The notes under the pieces were generated by a model. That model saw nothing but the letters and a program-made list of their open reading frames with translations. It ran no database searches and was not told where the DNA came from. Both the position numbers and the translations under genes were made by a program. From the NCBI GenBank assembly GCA_001781445.1, contig MFLB01000034.1, positions 17,793 through 81,792 on the forward strand: a stretch of 64,000 bases of DNA, written 5' to 3'. Source of the DNA: Candidatus Kaiserbacteria bacterium RIFCSPHIGHO2_01_FULL_58_22. Lineage in GTDB: Bacteria; Patescibacteriota; Minisyncoccia; Phycocordibacterales; UBA2100. Shown piece after piece: positions 36,054 through 46,173 of this stretch. How positions within the stretch are numbered: position 1 is the first letter of the stretch; every line of letters starts with the position of its first letter.

Positions 36054-37330
36054 TCGGCAGGATTGAGGTATCCGGATAAGGGGGCGACCGGCATCACGGC
36101 GTTCGCGCACGCCGTCTTTTTGTTGGTCGCGTCGCCGAGCCTGATTATCTGGACGGCAGAGGCGACGTACACGCCGAAGTGGAGGTGCGGGCCGGTCGCA
36201 TAGCCGGTCGAACCGCTGTAGCCGATGAGCTGTCCCGTCCGCACGGAGTCGCCCGTACTCACGCCGGATTGCGAGAGGTGCGCGTACAGGGTGGAGAGGC
36301 CGTTGCCGTGCTTGACCATCACCCACCGGCCGTAGGAATAGCATCCGCGGACGGCGTCGGTGTTCCCTGTTCCGATGACGGTGCCCGAGAGCGCCGCCTT
36401 TATCGGCGTGCCGATGGAGGCCCGAAAGTCGATGCCGTTGTGGCCATTGCCCGCATAAGCGCCCGAGCGCGCGAATGCGGTGTTGCCGAAGTATTGCGTT
36501 ACCTTCACGTTGTCCACCGGGTAACGCAAAATCCCCTTCCCTGCAGGGGGAATGGAAGAAGGATCGATGGTGTATTGGAGCCTGCTCTGCAGATCGGCGA
36601 GGGCGGCCTCGAAGCTCGCTTTCGCCGCCTGTTTTTCGGCGAGGATAGCCTGGAAGGTCGATTCCTGCGATTTCGTCTGCGCCAGGAGGTCGTTTTGCGC
36701 CCTGCGAGTGGCGTCGAGCGAGCCCTGCTCGGCGAGGAGGTTGTTCCGCTGTTTGACGAGTTCCGCGCGCTTCTGCTCTGTCGCCGCCTTCGTCTCGGAG
36801 AGCGACTGCTTCTGGACGGAAAGCTCCGCGATGTCTTCCCGCATCGCTGATTGGAGCGAAAAGCTCGCATCCATGTCGCTCCACAGGCTCGTGAGATCTC
36901 CCGAGGAGAGCACTGCGGCGGCGAAGGTCATCCGCTCCGTCTCGTTGAGGCGCCGGAGCGTTTCCGCGAGCCCCGCTTCCTGGACGCGGATGGAGCCCTG
37001 TTTGCCTTCGATGTTCCGGGAAAGAGACTGTATCTCGAGCTGGAGCGCGCCTATCCGGTTTTTGGTCACGCTGATGGAGGCGGCGAGCTTCTTGCGCTGG
37101 ATGTCGAGCTGGGCAAGCGTGTTTTGGAGCGTCTGCTTCTTCGCGCCGACCTCCGAGAGCTGTTTCTCGTACGCCGCTATTTCCTTGTTCAGGGCCTCTA
37201 TCTGGGCGTTGTGCTCGCCGATCTCCGAGCGTATCTCGTCGGCCGTCTGGCTTTGCGCGGCAAGCGGGACGGCGGCAAGAACGAGCGCCGCAAGCGTGAG
37301 CGTGAGCGATGTCCTCAATGCAGGCGTCAT
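36044..37330 (-). CDS. Coiled-coil M23 peptidase
   Basis: Signal peptide, long coiled coil, HNGID, YAHL, PHLH. Confidence 0.9.
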   Translation of the reverse strand: MTPALRTSLTLTLAALVLAAVPLAAQSQTADEIRSEIGEHNAQIEALNKEIAAYEKQLSEVGAKKQTLQNTLAQLDIQRKKLAASISVTKNRIGALQLEIQSLSRNIEGKQGSIRVQEAGLAETLRRLNETERMTFAAAVLSSGDLTSLWSDMDASFSLQSAMREDIAELSVQKQSLSETKAATEQKRAELVKQRNNLLAEQGSLDATRRAQNDLLAQTKSQESTFQAILAEKQAAKASFEAALADLQSRLQYTIDPSSIPPAGKGILRYPVDNVKVTQYFGNTAFARSGAYAGNGHNGIDFRASIGTPIKAALSGTVIGTGNTDAVRGCYSYGRWVMVKHGNGLSTLYAHLSQSGVSTGDSVRTGQLIGYSGSTGYATGPHLHFGVYVASAVQIIRLGDATNKKTACANAVMPVAPLSGYLNPADYL

Positions 37331-38634
37331 GAGGCCTTCAGGAGGGCGAGCGCCGTCTGGACGCGCGAGAGCGTCTTTTCTTTTCCCAGACTGCTCGCGA
37401 TGAGAAAAGGATCGGGGCTTTTTTCCCTGCCCGAGAGGGCGTATCGGAGCGGCCACAGCACCGCTCCCCTGCCCTCCGCCGTCGCGTACCCCCATACGAT
37501 GTTCTTTATTGTATCGGGATCCGAAAAATCATCCACGGCGGCCTTCATGAACATCTCATGGAGCGTTTGCAAATGGCGCGAGGCGGATGTGGCGTCGCTT
37601 CCCTTTCCAGACACCTTGGCCGGATCGAGCTTCGGTTCGGCGGAAAAGTAGTCGAACTCCTCCGCAAGCGCGCCGAGATCGCGCCATACGCCGACGCGCT
37701 CCCGCAGGAGCGGGGCGAGTTTCGCGGCCGTGCGCTCGTCCCAGACGGGCGCGCGGCGCGTTACTTCCTTTACGAAGATGTCGTCGGGCATCTCGCGCAG
37801 GTATTCCTTATTGAGCCACTCCAGTTTCCGGGCGTCGAAGATCGCGCCGCTCTTGTGGACGGCGCCGATGTCGAATGCGGCGATCATCTCGCCGAGGGAA
37901 AATTTCTCTTTTTCCGGCGGCGTCCAGCCGAGGAGCGCGAGATAATTGACGAGCGCCTCCGGAAGATATCCCTCCCGCTTGTACTCGTTGACCGAGACGG
38001 CCCCGTGGCGTTTCGAGAGCTTGTTGCGGTCGGGCGCGAGAATGAGTGGCATGTGGGCGTAGCGCGGCCGCTCGAAGCCGAGCGCTTCCATGATGAGTAT
38101 CTGCCGCTGGGTGTTAGAGAGGTGGTCCTCGCCGCGTATGACGTGCGTTATTCCCATGTCGTGGTCGTCGGCGACGACGGCGAGGTGGTAGAGCGGGTCG
38201 TCGGCGTTGCGCGCGATGATGAAATCCTTGAGCTCTGCGGTATCGAATCCCATCTCGCCGCGGATCAGATCGGAGAACGTGACGCGCGTATTCGGATTTC
38301 TGAAGCGGATGACCTTCCCGCCCGCCAGTCCCTCCTCCGCTTCGTACGCGGCCCCCGTTTTGATGAGCGCGTGGAGGTAGACGCGGTAGTTCTCCACGCG
38401 TTCCGACTGCCGTAGCGGCGCGGCCGGTGTGAAGGGAATCCCGAGCCACGCAAGGCCCGCGAGAATGTCATCCTCATACTCTTTCTTGCTCCGTTCCTTG
38501 TCGGTGTCCTCGAACCGCAGATACATCACGCCTCCCTCTTTGGCGGCGAACACGTAGTTGAAGAGCGCCGTGCGCGCGCTCCCGATATGGAAGTAGCCGG
38601 TCGGCGACGGCGGGAATCGAGTAACAACGTGCAT
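37327..38634 (-). CDS. gltX: Glutamate--tRNA ligase
   Basis: RFPPSPTG, HIGS, RGEDH, KLSKR. Confidence 0.94.
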   Translation of the reverse strand: MHVVTRFPPSPTGYFHIGSARTALFNYVFAAKEGGVMYLRFEDTDKERSKKEYEDDILAGLAWLGIPFTPAAPLRQSERVENYRVYLHALIKTGAAYEAEEGLAGGKVIRFRNPNTRVTFSDLIRGEMGFDTAELKDFIIARNADDPLYHLAVVADDHDMGITHVIRGEDHLSNTQRQILIMEALGFERPRYAHMPLILAPDRNKLSKRHGAVSVNEYKREGYLPEALVNYLALLGWTPPEKEKFSLGEMIAAFDIGAVHKSGAIFDARKLEWLNKEYLREMPDDIFVKEVTRRAPVWDERTAAKLAPLLRERVGVWRDLGALAEEFDYFSAEPKLDPAKVSGKGSDATSASRHLQTLHEMFMKAAVDDFSDPDTIKNIVWGYATAEGRGAVLWPLRYALSGREKSPDPFLIASSLGKEKTLSRVQTALALLKAS

Positions 38635-38710
38635 AGTTTGCAGTTTACAGATGACAGTTGACGGTTAAAAGAAAGGATTCAGTTGACTGTACACTTTTTA
38701 CTGTCAACTA
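38634..38710 (-). repeat. Inverted heptamer array between murG stop and gltX start
   Basis: + strand TAGTTTG CAGTTTA CAGATGA CAGTTGA ... TTGACTG TACACTT TTTACTG TCAACTA. Confidence 0.85.
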
Positions 38711-39846
38711 CTTGCATGCTCGAGCGCTGTTTCCACGATGATACTTGCTATCTTTTGCGCCGCTTGCGGGCGGGCGAAGGCCTTCGCCGCCGCGGCCATC
38801 GAGGCGCGCAGGCTCTCGTCGCCCATGATGCGGTCTATCTCGGCGGCGAGCAGGTGCGGCGTGAGGTTTTTTTGCTCGAGGACCGCGGCGGCGCCCGCGC
38901 GCGCGTAGGAGAAGGCGTTCTCCGTCTGGTCGTGCGATATCTCGGTGGGTATCGGAATGAGTATGGACGGTATTCCCCACGAGGCGATCTCGAAAATGGT
39001 GCCGCTCCCAGCGCGGGAGACGACGAGCGAGGAGATGCCCGCCGTCATGCGGAGCGCGAGCGTGTTCAGGAGCCCGAAGCTCCGATAGCGGTCGCCGAAC
39101 CGGGAATTTTTGAGAATGACGCCCGAGATGCCGCTCACTTCCTCGAGGTTCGCGCTTCCGGTCTGATGCACGACGTTGTAGCGCTCGACGAGCGCCGGGA
39201 GCGCGTCGAGGACGACCTCGTTCATCGCGGATGCTCCCGACGAGCCTCCCATGACGAAGACGGTCGGCACGGCCGCATCGAGCGTGAGGAATTCATGCCC
39301 GCCCTCTTTCGCGGGAGCCTCTATTTCCTTGCGGATCGGGTGTCCCGTGCGCGCTATCTTTTCCAGGTACGCTTCTGGGAACTGCGTGGCGGCGTCGGGG
39401 TGCGCGAGGGCGATCCAGCGCGCGAAGCGCGCCGACCACAGCGACACGCGGCCGGGTTTCGCGTCGGCGTCGTAGATGACGACGGGAAGAGCGAGGAGGC
39501 GCGCGGCGTAAAGCGTGGGGAACGCGGCGTAGCCGCCCGTTGAGAATATGACGTCGGGATAGAGGCTGAAGAGCTGGAATATCGAACGCGCGACGCCGAG
39601 CGCGGTCTTGAAGAGGTCGAACACGTTCAGCAGGCTCGGGTATCGCCGCAGTTTTCCGGCCGGGCTCGGCCGGTATTCTATCTCGTGCTCGAGGAGCGCC
39701 GCGGGGTCGAACGGCTCGGGGCCGATGTAAAAGAGTTCCGGCTCGATCAGTTTTTTTTCTTTGGAGATATCTTCGAGCGCCTCTGCAACGGCAATGAGGG
39801 GATAAAAGTGTCCCCCGCTCCCCCCGCCTGCCAGCACGATCTTCAT
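38704..39846 (-). CDS. murG: Lipid II GlcNAc transferase
   Basis: GGGSGGH, GGY, GGSSG, SRAG, Q..NA. Confidence 0.93.
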   Translation of the reverse strand: MKIVLAGGGSGGHFYPLIAVAEALEDISKEKKLIEPELFYIGPEPFDPAALLEHEIEYRPSPAGKLRRYPSLLNVFDLFKTALGVARSIFQLFSLYPDVIFSTGGYAAFPTLYAARLLALPVVIYDADAKPGRVSLWSARFARWIALAHPDAATQFPEAYLEKIARTGHPIRKEIEAPAKEGGHEFLTLDAAVPTVFVMGGSSGASAMNEVVLDALPALVERYNVVHQTGSANLEEVSGISGVILKNSRFGDRYRSFGLLNTLALRMTAGISSLVVSRAGSGTIFEIASWGIPSILIPIPTEISHDQTENAFSYARAGAAAVLEQKNLTPHLLAAEIDRIMGDESLRASMAAAAKAFARPQAAQKIASIIVETALEHASS

Positions 39847-39872
39847 AATGAGAGTTTTATTTTACCATTTTG

Positions 39873-40979
39873 TCACCGCTTCGCCGCGCGGCGCGAGACC
39901 GAAAGAAGGATGCCCGCGCTCCCGAGCGCGGCGAGCATCGCGCTTCCGCCCTGGCTTATAAACGTGAGCGGGATGCCGGTGAGAGGCGCGACCCCGAGCA
40001 TCGCGCCGATATTGATGAACGCTTCGGCGGCGAGGTAGGTCGAGATGCCGATGGCAAGGAGCGCGCCGAAGTGATCCGGCGCGCGCGCGCCGATGCCAAA
40101 GCCCCGCAGGGCGAGCGCGAGGAAGAGCCCGATGAGAACCACGCCGCCGATAAAGCCGAACTCTTCGCCGAGGACGGCGAAGATGGAATCCCCCATCGGC
40201 TCCGGGAGGTACGTGAATTTCTGCACGCTCTGTCCGAAGCCCCGCCCGGCGAGCCCGCCGGAGCCGATGGCGATCAGGGATTGGCGTATCTGGTAGCCTT
40301 CCGCCTGCGGCGCGCGTGAGGGATCGAAGAAGACCTCGATGCGCTCGAGCACGTATGGGCGCGCGTAGGCGAGAACCGCGATCGCGGCGACGCTGATGCA
40401 AAGCATAACGAGAAGATCGCGGAGGCGCGCGCCCGCCGCGAAAAATATCGCGACGACCGACGCAAGTATCACGCCGAGCGTCCCGAGATCGGGCTGGGCG
40501 AGCAGTATGAGGACGGGACCGGCGAGGATAAGGAAGAGGCCGCCGAGGCCCCAGCGCAGAGTCTGCACGCGCGCGCGGATCGCCGAAAAGTAGGCGGCGG
40601 CCATGACGATCGAGGCGATCTTCAGGAATTCGGCGGGCTGTATCGAAAATCCGCTTATGGAGAGCCATCGCCGCCCTCCGCCGTGCTCGAAGCCGATCTG
40701 CGGGATGAAGACCGCCGCGGTGAGTGCGAGCGCGGAAACGAAGAGGTGCGGCGCGAAGCGCCGCCAGTAGGAATACGGTATCCTGCTCGCGACGAAGAGC
40801 GCGACGAGCCCTGCGCCGATGCCGAGTACCGCGTGGTTGAAGACGACGGACGACATGTTCGGCGCGCCGCGCGCGAGGAGTCCGAATACCGCCGAGGCGA
40901 AAATAAATCCGCCGCCTACGACGAGAATGGCGATCAAGAATGCGAGCGGTTTGTCTATGCGGGCGGAGCTTCTCGACAT
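39873..40979 (-). CDS. ftsW: SEDS peptidoglycan polymerase FtsW
   Basis: RW, QPAEFLK, QPDLG, GYQ, LPE..D, SQGGS; between mraY and murG. Confidence 0.9.
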   Translation of the reverse strand: MSRSSARIDKPLAFLIAILVVGGGFIFASAVFGLLARGAPNMSSVVFNHAVLGIGAGLVALFVASRIPYSYWRRFAPHLFVSALALTAAVFIPQIGFEHGGGRRWLSISGFSIQPAEFLKIASIVMAAAYFSAIRARVQTLRWGLGGLFLILAGPVLILLAQPDLGTLGVILASVVAIFFAAGARLRDLLVMLCISVAAIAVLAYARPYVLERIEVFFDPSRAPQAEGYQIRQSLIAIGSGGLAGRGFGQSVQKFTYLPEPMGDSIFAVLGEEFGFIGGVVLIGLFLALALRGFGIGARAPDHFGALLAIGISTYLAAEAFINIGAMLGVAPLTGIPLTFISQGGSAMLAALGSAGILLSVSRRAAKR

Positions 40980-40983
40980 GCGT

Positions 40984-42054
40984 TTATGCGGCCGCGAGCG
41001 CGATGATAACGCCGAGGAACGCGAAGACGACAGAAAGCACCCAGTAGCGCATCACGACCTTGTAGCCCGGCCAGCCTATCGCCTCAAGGTGGTGATGCAG
41101 GGGCGCGATGCGCAGGAGCTTCATGCCGAAATATTTTTTCGAGACGACTTGCGCGATATTGGAAGCGACGGTTGCGGCGAGGAGCGCTCCGATGACGGGC
41201 AAAACCGCTATTCCCACTCCCCCGCCGAGATCGTCTGTCATGAACGCGATGGTCGCGATGGTGAGCGTGAGCGCCATGGTGCCGGTGTCGCTCATATAGA
41301 AGCGCGCGGGCGGGATGTTGTACCAGAGGAAGGCGAGAAGGCCTCCGACGATCGCCGCGGAAAAAGCGGCGAGGTCGATCTGGTTCTGCGCGAAGGCGAT
41401 GATCGAGTATGAGGCGAACACGGAGCCGAAGATGCCGCCGGAGAGCCCGTCGATCCCGTCTATCACGCCGGAAGCGTAGAGCGCGAGCGAAACGAGGACG
41501 AAGAGCGGCGCGATGAGCCAGCCGATCTCGAGCGGCGGGCCGAACGGGATGCCGATCGCCGTTACGTCCAGTTTCGCCCAAAACCACATGCCGATGAACG
41601 ACGAGAGGAGGACGACGATGAGGAGGCGGTACGAGAGGCGCAAGCCCTCTCCGCCGGGGCGGATGACGTAGAGGTCGTCCACGAGGCCGACGAACGCGCC
41701 CACGAGCAGGGTCGCGAGAGGTATCCAAGTCTGGTTGCGGCTCAAAAAGTCGAGTTTCAGTATCGCCGCATCGGGGACGAAACGCGCGACGAGCGCGATG
41801 CCGAGTATGGTGATAAGCACGCTCCCCCAAATGACGATGCCTCCCATGCGGGGGGCCCGCACTTCGTGGCCGTTGTGCAACTGGTTGAAGCCGTGCGCCG
41901 GCGCGCCGTCGAGTGCCGTTTTCCCCGGGGTTTTTTTCCACGCCTTGTATTTATACAGATAATGCGTAAGGGCCGGCGTCAAAGCCATTCCGACGACGAA
42001 CGAAGCGAATGCCGGGGCGAGAACCCGGACGATATCGGATAAATCCTCGACCAT
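40984..42054 (-). CDS. mraY: Phospho-MurNAc-pentapeptide transferase
   Basis: PRMGG, DD, DGIDGL, PARFYMSDTG, APLHHH. Confidence 0.9.
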   Translation of the reverse strand: MVEDLSDIVRVLAPAFASFVVGMALTPALTHYLYKYKAWKKTPGKTALDGAPAHGFNQLHNGHEVRAPRMGGIVIWGSVLITILGIALVARFVPDAAILKLDFLSRNQTWIPLATLLVGAFVGLVDDLYVIRPGGEGLRLSYRLLIVVLLSSFIGMWFWAKLDVTAIGIPFGPPLEIGWLIAPLFVLVSLALYASGVIDGIDGLSGGIFGSVFASYSIIAFAQNQIDLAAFSAAIVGGLLAFLWYNIPPARFYMSDTGTMALTLTIATIAFMTDDLGGGVGIAVLPVIGALLAATVASNIAQVVSKKYFGMKLLRIAPLHHHLEAIGWPGYKVVMRYWVLSVVFAFLGVIIALAAA

Positions 42055-42224
42055 GGCGCCATTGTACCCGGTCAGTACAATTTGGCATAATTTAGGCCGC
42101 AGAATGGTCGCATGTATATACATAAAAAGATTTGTCCGACAGACTTATGAACAGAACGGAAGCCACAGTCAAGGCGATGCCAAATTGTCCTACCGGGTGT
42201 ACCCTACTCCCCTCCCCCTGATGC

Positions 42225-43172
42225 CTATTGGGTAAGCGCCTTTCGGGCGGCGGCGATCAGCTTCTCCATGTCCTCGAACCTGCCGTTTTCCGTCGAGCCC
42301 AAGACGACCGCGACGACGGGGTGCGCGAGACCGAGGTCGAAGACGACCCCGAGATTGCCTCCGGCAAGGTCGGTGAGCCCGGTTTTGCCCATGATAAGGC
42401 CCGGAATGCTTCCCTGCGCGCTGTTCGTATTGGAGGCGGTCGTATTCCTGTTCCCGTCGAGATCGCTCAAAAGGACGCCGCCGCGCGCCGTACCGGCGAA
42501 AAGCGAAGGCTCGGCAGAGACCGCATAGGCGAAGAGTGCGGCCATGTCGCGCGCGGAGCCGTAACTTCCGGCCTGCGTCGCAGAAAGATCGAGCCCGCTC
42601 ACATTAAGAAAATACGTGCTTGTGAGCCCGAGCTCCCGCGCGAGATCGTTCATGCGGAAGAGCGCGGCGGCGCCCGCCGGAGATTCCGGATAGCGCTCGC
42701 GGAGCGCCGGCTCCGCGGCTGACGCGAGTATGCCGGCGCCGTTGTTGGAGGACGTTATGAGTGTGAAATCGACGACGTCTTGCACGCGCCACCGCTCGCC
42801 CTTCCCGAGGTGCTCCTCCCCGGCCGAGCCTCCCGCGTAGTATGGAATGACGATTATCGAATCGGGCGGGAGCGCTTCGGCGACGACGAGGGCGAGCATG
42901 ACTTTCGTCAGCGACGCGAGCGGAAGCGCCGCATCCGGATTCTTTTCATACAGCGTCTTTCCGCTCGGTATGTCGATGACGACGGCGGCTTTTCCGGCTA
43001 TCTCGATGCCGGCGAAGGGATCGGCCGCCGGAGCCGCGGCTGTCTGGCTTTCCGAGGGGACCCTTCCCGCGAGGGCGAGTGCGCCGGAGACGATAAGGGC
43101 AAGCGCGATAAGCGCGAGTACGGAGGCTCCCGCCATGCGCGCTCGTTCGTTATGTATCGGTGCTGACTCCAT
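42225..43172 (-). CDS. D-alanyl-D-alanine carboxypeptidase (S11)
   Basis: ASLTK, SNN, KTG. Confidence 0.9.
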   Translation of the reverse strand: MESAPIHNERARMAGASVLALIALALIVSGALALAGRVPSESQTAAAPAADPFAGIEIAGKAAVVIDIPSGKTLYEKNPDAALPLASLTKVMLALVVAEALPPDSIIVIPYYAGGSAGEEHLGKGERWRVQDVVDFTLITSSNNGAGILASAAEPALRERYPESPAGAAALFRMNDLARELGLTSTYFLNVSGLDLSATQAGSYGSARDMAALFAYAVSAEPSLFAGTARGGVLLSDLDGNRNTTASNTNSAQGSIPGLIMGKTGLTDLAGGNLGVVFDLGLAHPVVAVVLGSTENGRFEDMEKLIAAARKALTQ

Positions 43173-43725
43173 TTTCAGGGCGTGGTCCGTTCGCCTGTTC
43201 GAACGCGGCGAGTTCGGCGGCGATTGTAGCATACTCGGGCAGTTCTTTCCCGTTCTTGATGCCGAGGTGCGCGAGAAGCTCGATCGCGGGGCGGTAGAGG
43301 TATTCGCGCGCGTCTTCCGGATTCTCCGTGCGTTCGAGGAGGCCGCGCGAGAGCAGGGTGCGCAGGGTCGAGGAAGTGTTGACGCCGCGGATGTAGTCTA
43401 TGCGCGCGCGCGTCGAGGGGCCCAGGTAGAGTACGATGGCGAGGACTTCGAGCCCGGCGTCGCCGATGTCGCGCTCAAGTTCGCGTTTTTGGGCCAGCCG
43501 CACGGCTTCGCTCGTCTCCTTCGAGATCGCGAGGCTTGCGGCCGTATCCGTCCGCACGAGCGCGACGCCGCTCCCCTCCAGGCGCTCCGAGAGCGCGTCG
43601 AGCGCCGCCCCGAGCTCTTCTTCTTTGCATTCGAGGAGCAAAGCGAGTTTTTTATGCGTCAGTTCCCCTCCCTCGCTGAAGAGGAAGGCATGCGCGCGCG
43701 CGGCGATGTCGTTTCGTGCCGGCAT
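43150..43725 (-). CDS. scpB: SMC-Scp complex subunit ScpB
   Basis: LEVLAIVLY..P.TR..IDYIRGVN. Confidence 0.9.
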   Translation of the reverse strand: MPARNDIAARAHAFLFSEGGELTHKKLALLLECKEEELGAALDALSERLEGSGVALVRTDTAASLAISKETSEAVRLAQKRELERDIGDAGLEVLAIVLYLGPSTRARIDYIRGVNTSSTLRTLLSRGLLERTENPEDAREYLYRPAIELLAHLGIKNGKELPEYATIAAELAAFEQANGPRPENGVSTDT

Positions 43726-43726
43726 A

Positions 43727-44446
43727 TTATCCGAATCGCGGAACGCCCGCATGCTCTGCTTCGAGGAAGATATCGGCAAAGAGCTTGTCCTGCGTCGCCG
43801 AAAGCGAGCCGGAGCGCACGAGTTCGAGCGTCGCAAGGAAGTAGACGATGGTTTCGTGCTTGTCGCGCGCGCGCGTGAGTTCCGAGAACCGGGCCTTGAA
43901 GGCGGAAGAAAGGCGGGCTTTCAGGCTCCGTATCACGTCTTCGAGCGCGAGGACCGGCGCGACGGCCGCTTTCGCGAGCGCCTCGGGCTTCGGCAGGATG
44001 CTCGCGAGCCGCCGGATTACGGCCGATAGCGCGTCTGCAGAAACCTCCGCGGGCGCAAAGACGGGCGCCCGCTCCGGCACGCGTTTCGCGAGAATGAGCG
44101 GCTCTCTCCCCCACTCCCGCCGCAGAGCGCGCGCGGCTTTGCGGATGAGAGCGTAGCGCGCAAGCCGCCGCTCGAGCTCTTGCACGCTCTCGCGCTCGTC
44201 GTCGGAAAGAGTGAGCGTGGGAAGCAGAGTGCGCGATTTTATGAGGAGGAGCGTCGAGGCGACGAGAATGAACTGCGCCGTCTCGCCGAGCGGAAGCCCC
44301 GGTAATTTTTCAACGTATGCAAGATATGCATCCGTCACCTCTGCGAGACTGACCTCCGATATCGCGAGCTTTCTATCCTCGATCAGATTCAAAAGCGCCT
44401 CCAAAGGCCCCGAAAACGCTTCAGTCTCAACCGAAAATCGCTCCAT
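43727..44446 (-). CDS. scpA: Segregation/condensation protein ScpA
   Basis: FSGPLEALL.LI, LLLIKSR.LLP, FLATLEL. Confidence 0.92.
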   Translation of the reverse strand: MERFSVETEAFSGPLEALLNLIEDRKLAISEVSLAEVTDAYLAYVEKLPGLPLGETAQFILVASTLLLIKSRTLLPTLTLSDDERESVQELERRLARYALIRKAARALRREWGREPLILAKRVPERAPVFAPAEVSADALSAVIRRLASILPKPEALAKAAVAPVLALEDVIRSLKARLSSAFKARFSELTRARDKHETIVYFLATLELVRSGSLSATQDKLFADIFLEAEHAGVPRFG

Positions 44447-44451
44447 AATTA

Positions 44452-45240
44452 GTTAATGGGGATACGTTAATGGGGTTAATGGGGATACGTCCGTTATTTT
44501 GCACAACTTTGTTGCATAATATCATTGCTGTTTCGGTCTTCCGGGCCCTCTCATGGTACCTTCCATATCATACTCCTCAATCATCCATGTGGTCCATGCG
44601 GTCGACCCATACGGCGCTCCTTTTTTAACGGAGGTGCGAATAGATTCCAGCGCTTCCTTGTTGACGGTGTTCACCAGCGAGAGGTAATCGCGGGGTAACG
44701 CAATGGGAAGCGGCGCGAGCAGTTTCTTGTCCTCGTTGTTCCCTCTCCTGCGTCGATACAGACTCGAGTAAGGCCAACGCTCCGCGCGAGTGACGAGGCG
44801 CGCGCGGAGAGGATTCTGCTCCACGTAGTGTATCACGGTGACGAGATGCTGATCTTCTTGTATCGGAAAAGACTTGTACGACCCCTGGTAGAGGTGGCCG
44901 CCGCCGACGGTTTTGGTGCGCACGCGGCGCTGTCGCACGTGCGTCGTCGTGACCCAGCGCATGAATTCGCTCATGTCTCGGTCGCGCTTTGGATGCAGAA
45001 CGAGGTGCCAATGGTTAGGCATGATGCAGTACGCAAGGATGCGCATGTCGATCAGTTCGACACCTTCTTTGAGTAGCGCCTCGAAGTGCCGATAGTCTTT
45101 TTCATCGTGGAAAATCCTTGCGCGCCCGTTCGCGCGGTTGAGCACATGATACGGCATGTTACCGACGGCAACGCGCGCTAGTCGCGGCATGAACAATACT
45201 ATGCCATGAAAAGAGGCGATATATCGGACTTATCCCCATT
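44452..45240 (-). mobile_element. RAYT element bounded by inverted REP-like 16-mers
   Basis: AATGGGGATACGTCCG (44478-44493, with stuttered copies from 44452) and CGGACTTATCCCCATT (45225-45240), 15/16 complementary. Confidence 0.8.
44522..45190 (-). CDS. REP-associated tyrosine transposase (Y1 HUH)
   Basis: [33 protein letters not shown]. Confidence 0.92.
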   Translation of the reverse strand: MPRLARVAVGNMPYHVLNRANGRARIFHDEKDYRHFEALLKEGVELIDMRILAYCIMPNHWHLVLHPKRDRDMSEFMRWVTTTHVRQRRVRTKTVGGGHLYQGSYKSFPIQEDQHLVTVIHYVEQNPLRARLVTRAERWPYSSLYRRRRGNNEDKKLLAPLPIALPRDYLSLVNTVNKEALESIRTSVKKGAPYGSTAWTTWMIEEYDMEGTMRGPGRPKQQ

Positions 45241-45977
45241 CTCTCGCCTGTGTGCGTATGCCCGCCAATCTTTTTCACAAAGACCGAGTCGCCCGTTTTC
45301 AAGATGCCGCCGTAGGCACGCACTATTGCCAAGCGGCCGAGGAAATTATCATAGCCGAGATTAAAGGGCTGTAATTGTGCAGGCTTGGTAAGAGCCTCCG
45401 GGCTCGATGCGGCTGGGACATGTTTTAGTATCGTTTCCAAAAGCGGTGTGAGGTCGGTGGACTCATCGGCCAATTGAATCTTGGCGATTCCCTGCCGGCC
45501 GATAGAATAGACGACTGGAAAATCTGCTTGTTCGTCGGAGGCGCCGAGCTCGAGAAAGAGTTCGAGTACCTGCTCTTCCGTGCGCGCAGGGTCGGCCGCC
45601 GGCTTATCTATCTTGTTGATGACAACGATTGGCTTGATGCCGAGCTCGAGCGACTTCTTCAAGACGAAACGCGTCTGTGGCATGGGGCCTTCCTGCGCGT
45701 CCACCACGAGCAGAACTGAATCGATGGAGCGGAGCACGCGTTCGACCTCGCTTCCGAAATCGGCGTGGCCGGGGGTGTCCACGATATTTATCTTCGTATT
45801 CTTATAGTAGACCGCCGCGTTCTTGGAATAGATGGTGATGCCGCGCTCGCGTTCGAGCGCGTTGGAATCCATCGAGACCCCCTCTTCGGCCACACCCATC
45901 TGCCGCAACAGCGCATCGGTCAAAGTAGTCTTGCCGTGGTCCACATGCGCGATAATTGCGATATTACGGATTTCCAT
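45241..45977 (-). pseudogene. typA: TypA/BipA GTPase, 5' ~245 codons only
   Basis: [26 protein letters not shown]; similarity ends at the RAYT element end. Confidence 0.88.
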
Positions 45978-46173
45978 ACTGTTTAAAGCAAAGTGCCTCG
46001 TTGCCGAGGCACCGTGGCTCCATTGTGCCTTATTTCGAGGTTTGCGTCAAGAAAAATACTGTGTAGATTGCGGAGGTCAATTAGTTAGTCAGTTGGTGAA
46101 TAACGGCTCAGCGTAACAAGTTCAAGTCTTTCTCCGCGGCAGTACATTGGTGCTGCACGAGGCGCGCTCGAAA

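Noticed and set aside
45159-45240. C-terminal tail of the 272-aa TypA ORF
   Set aside because: Read-through into the RAYT element end, not TypA sequence.
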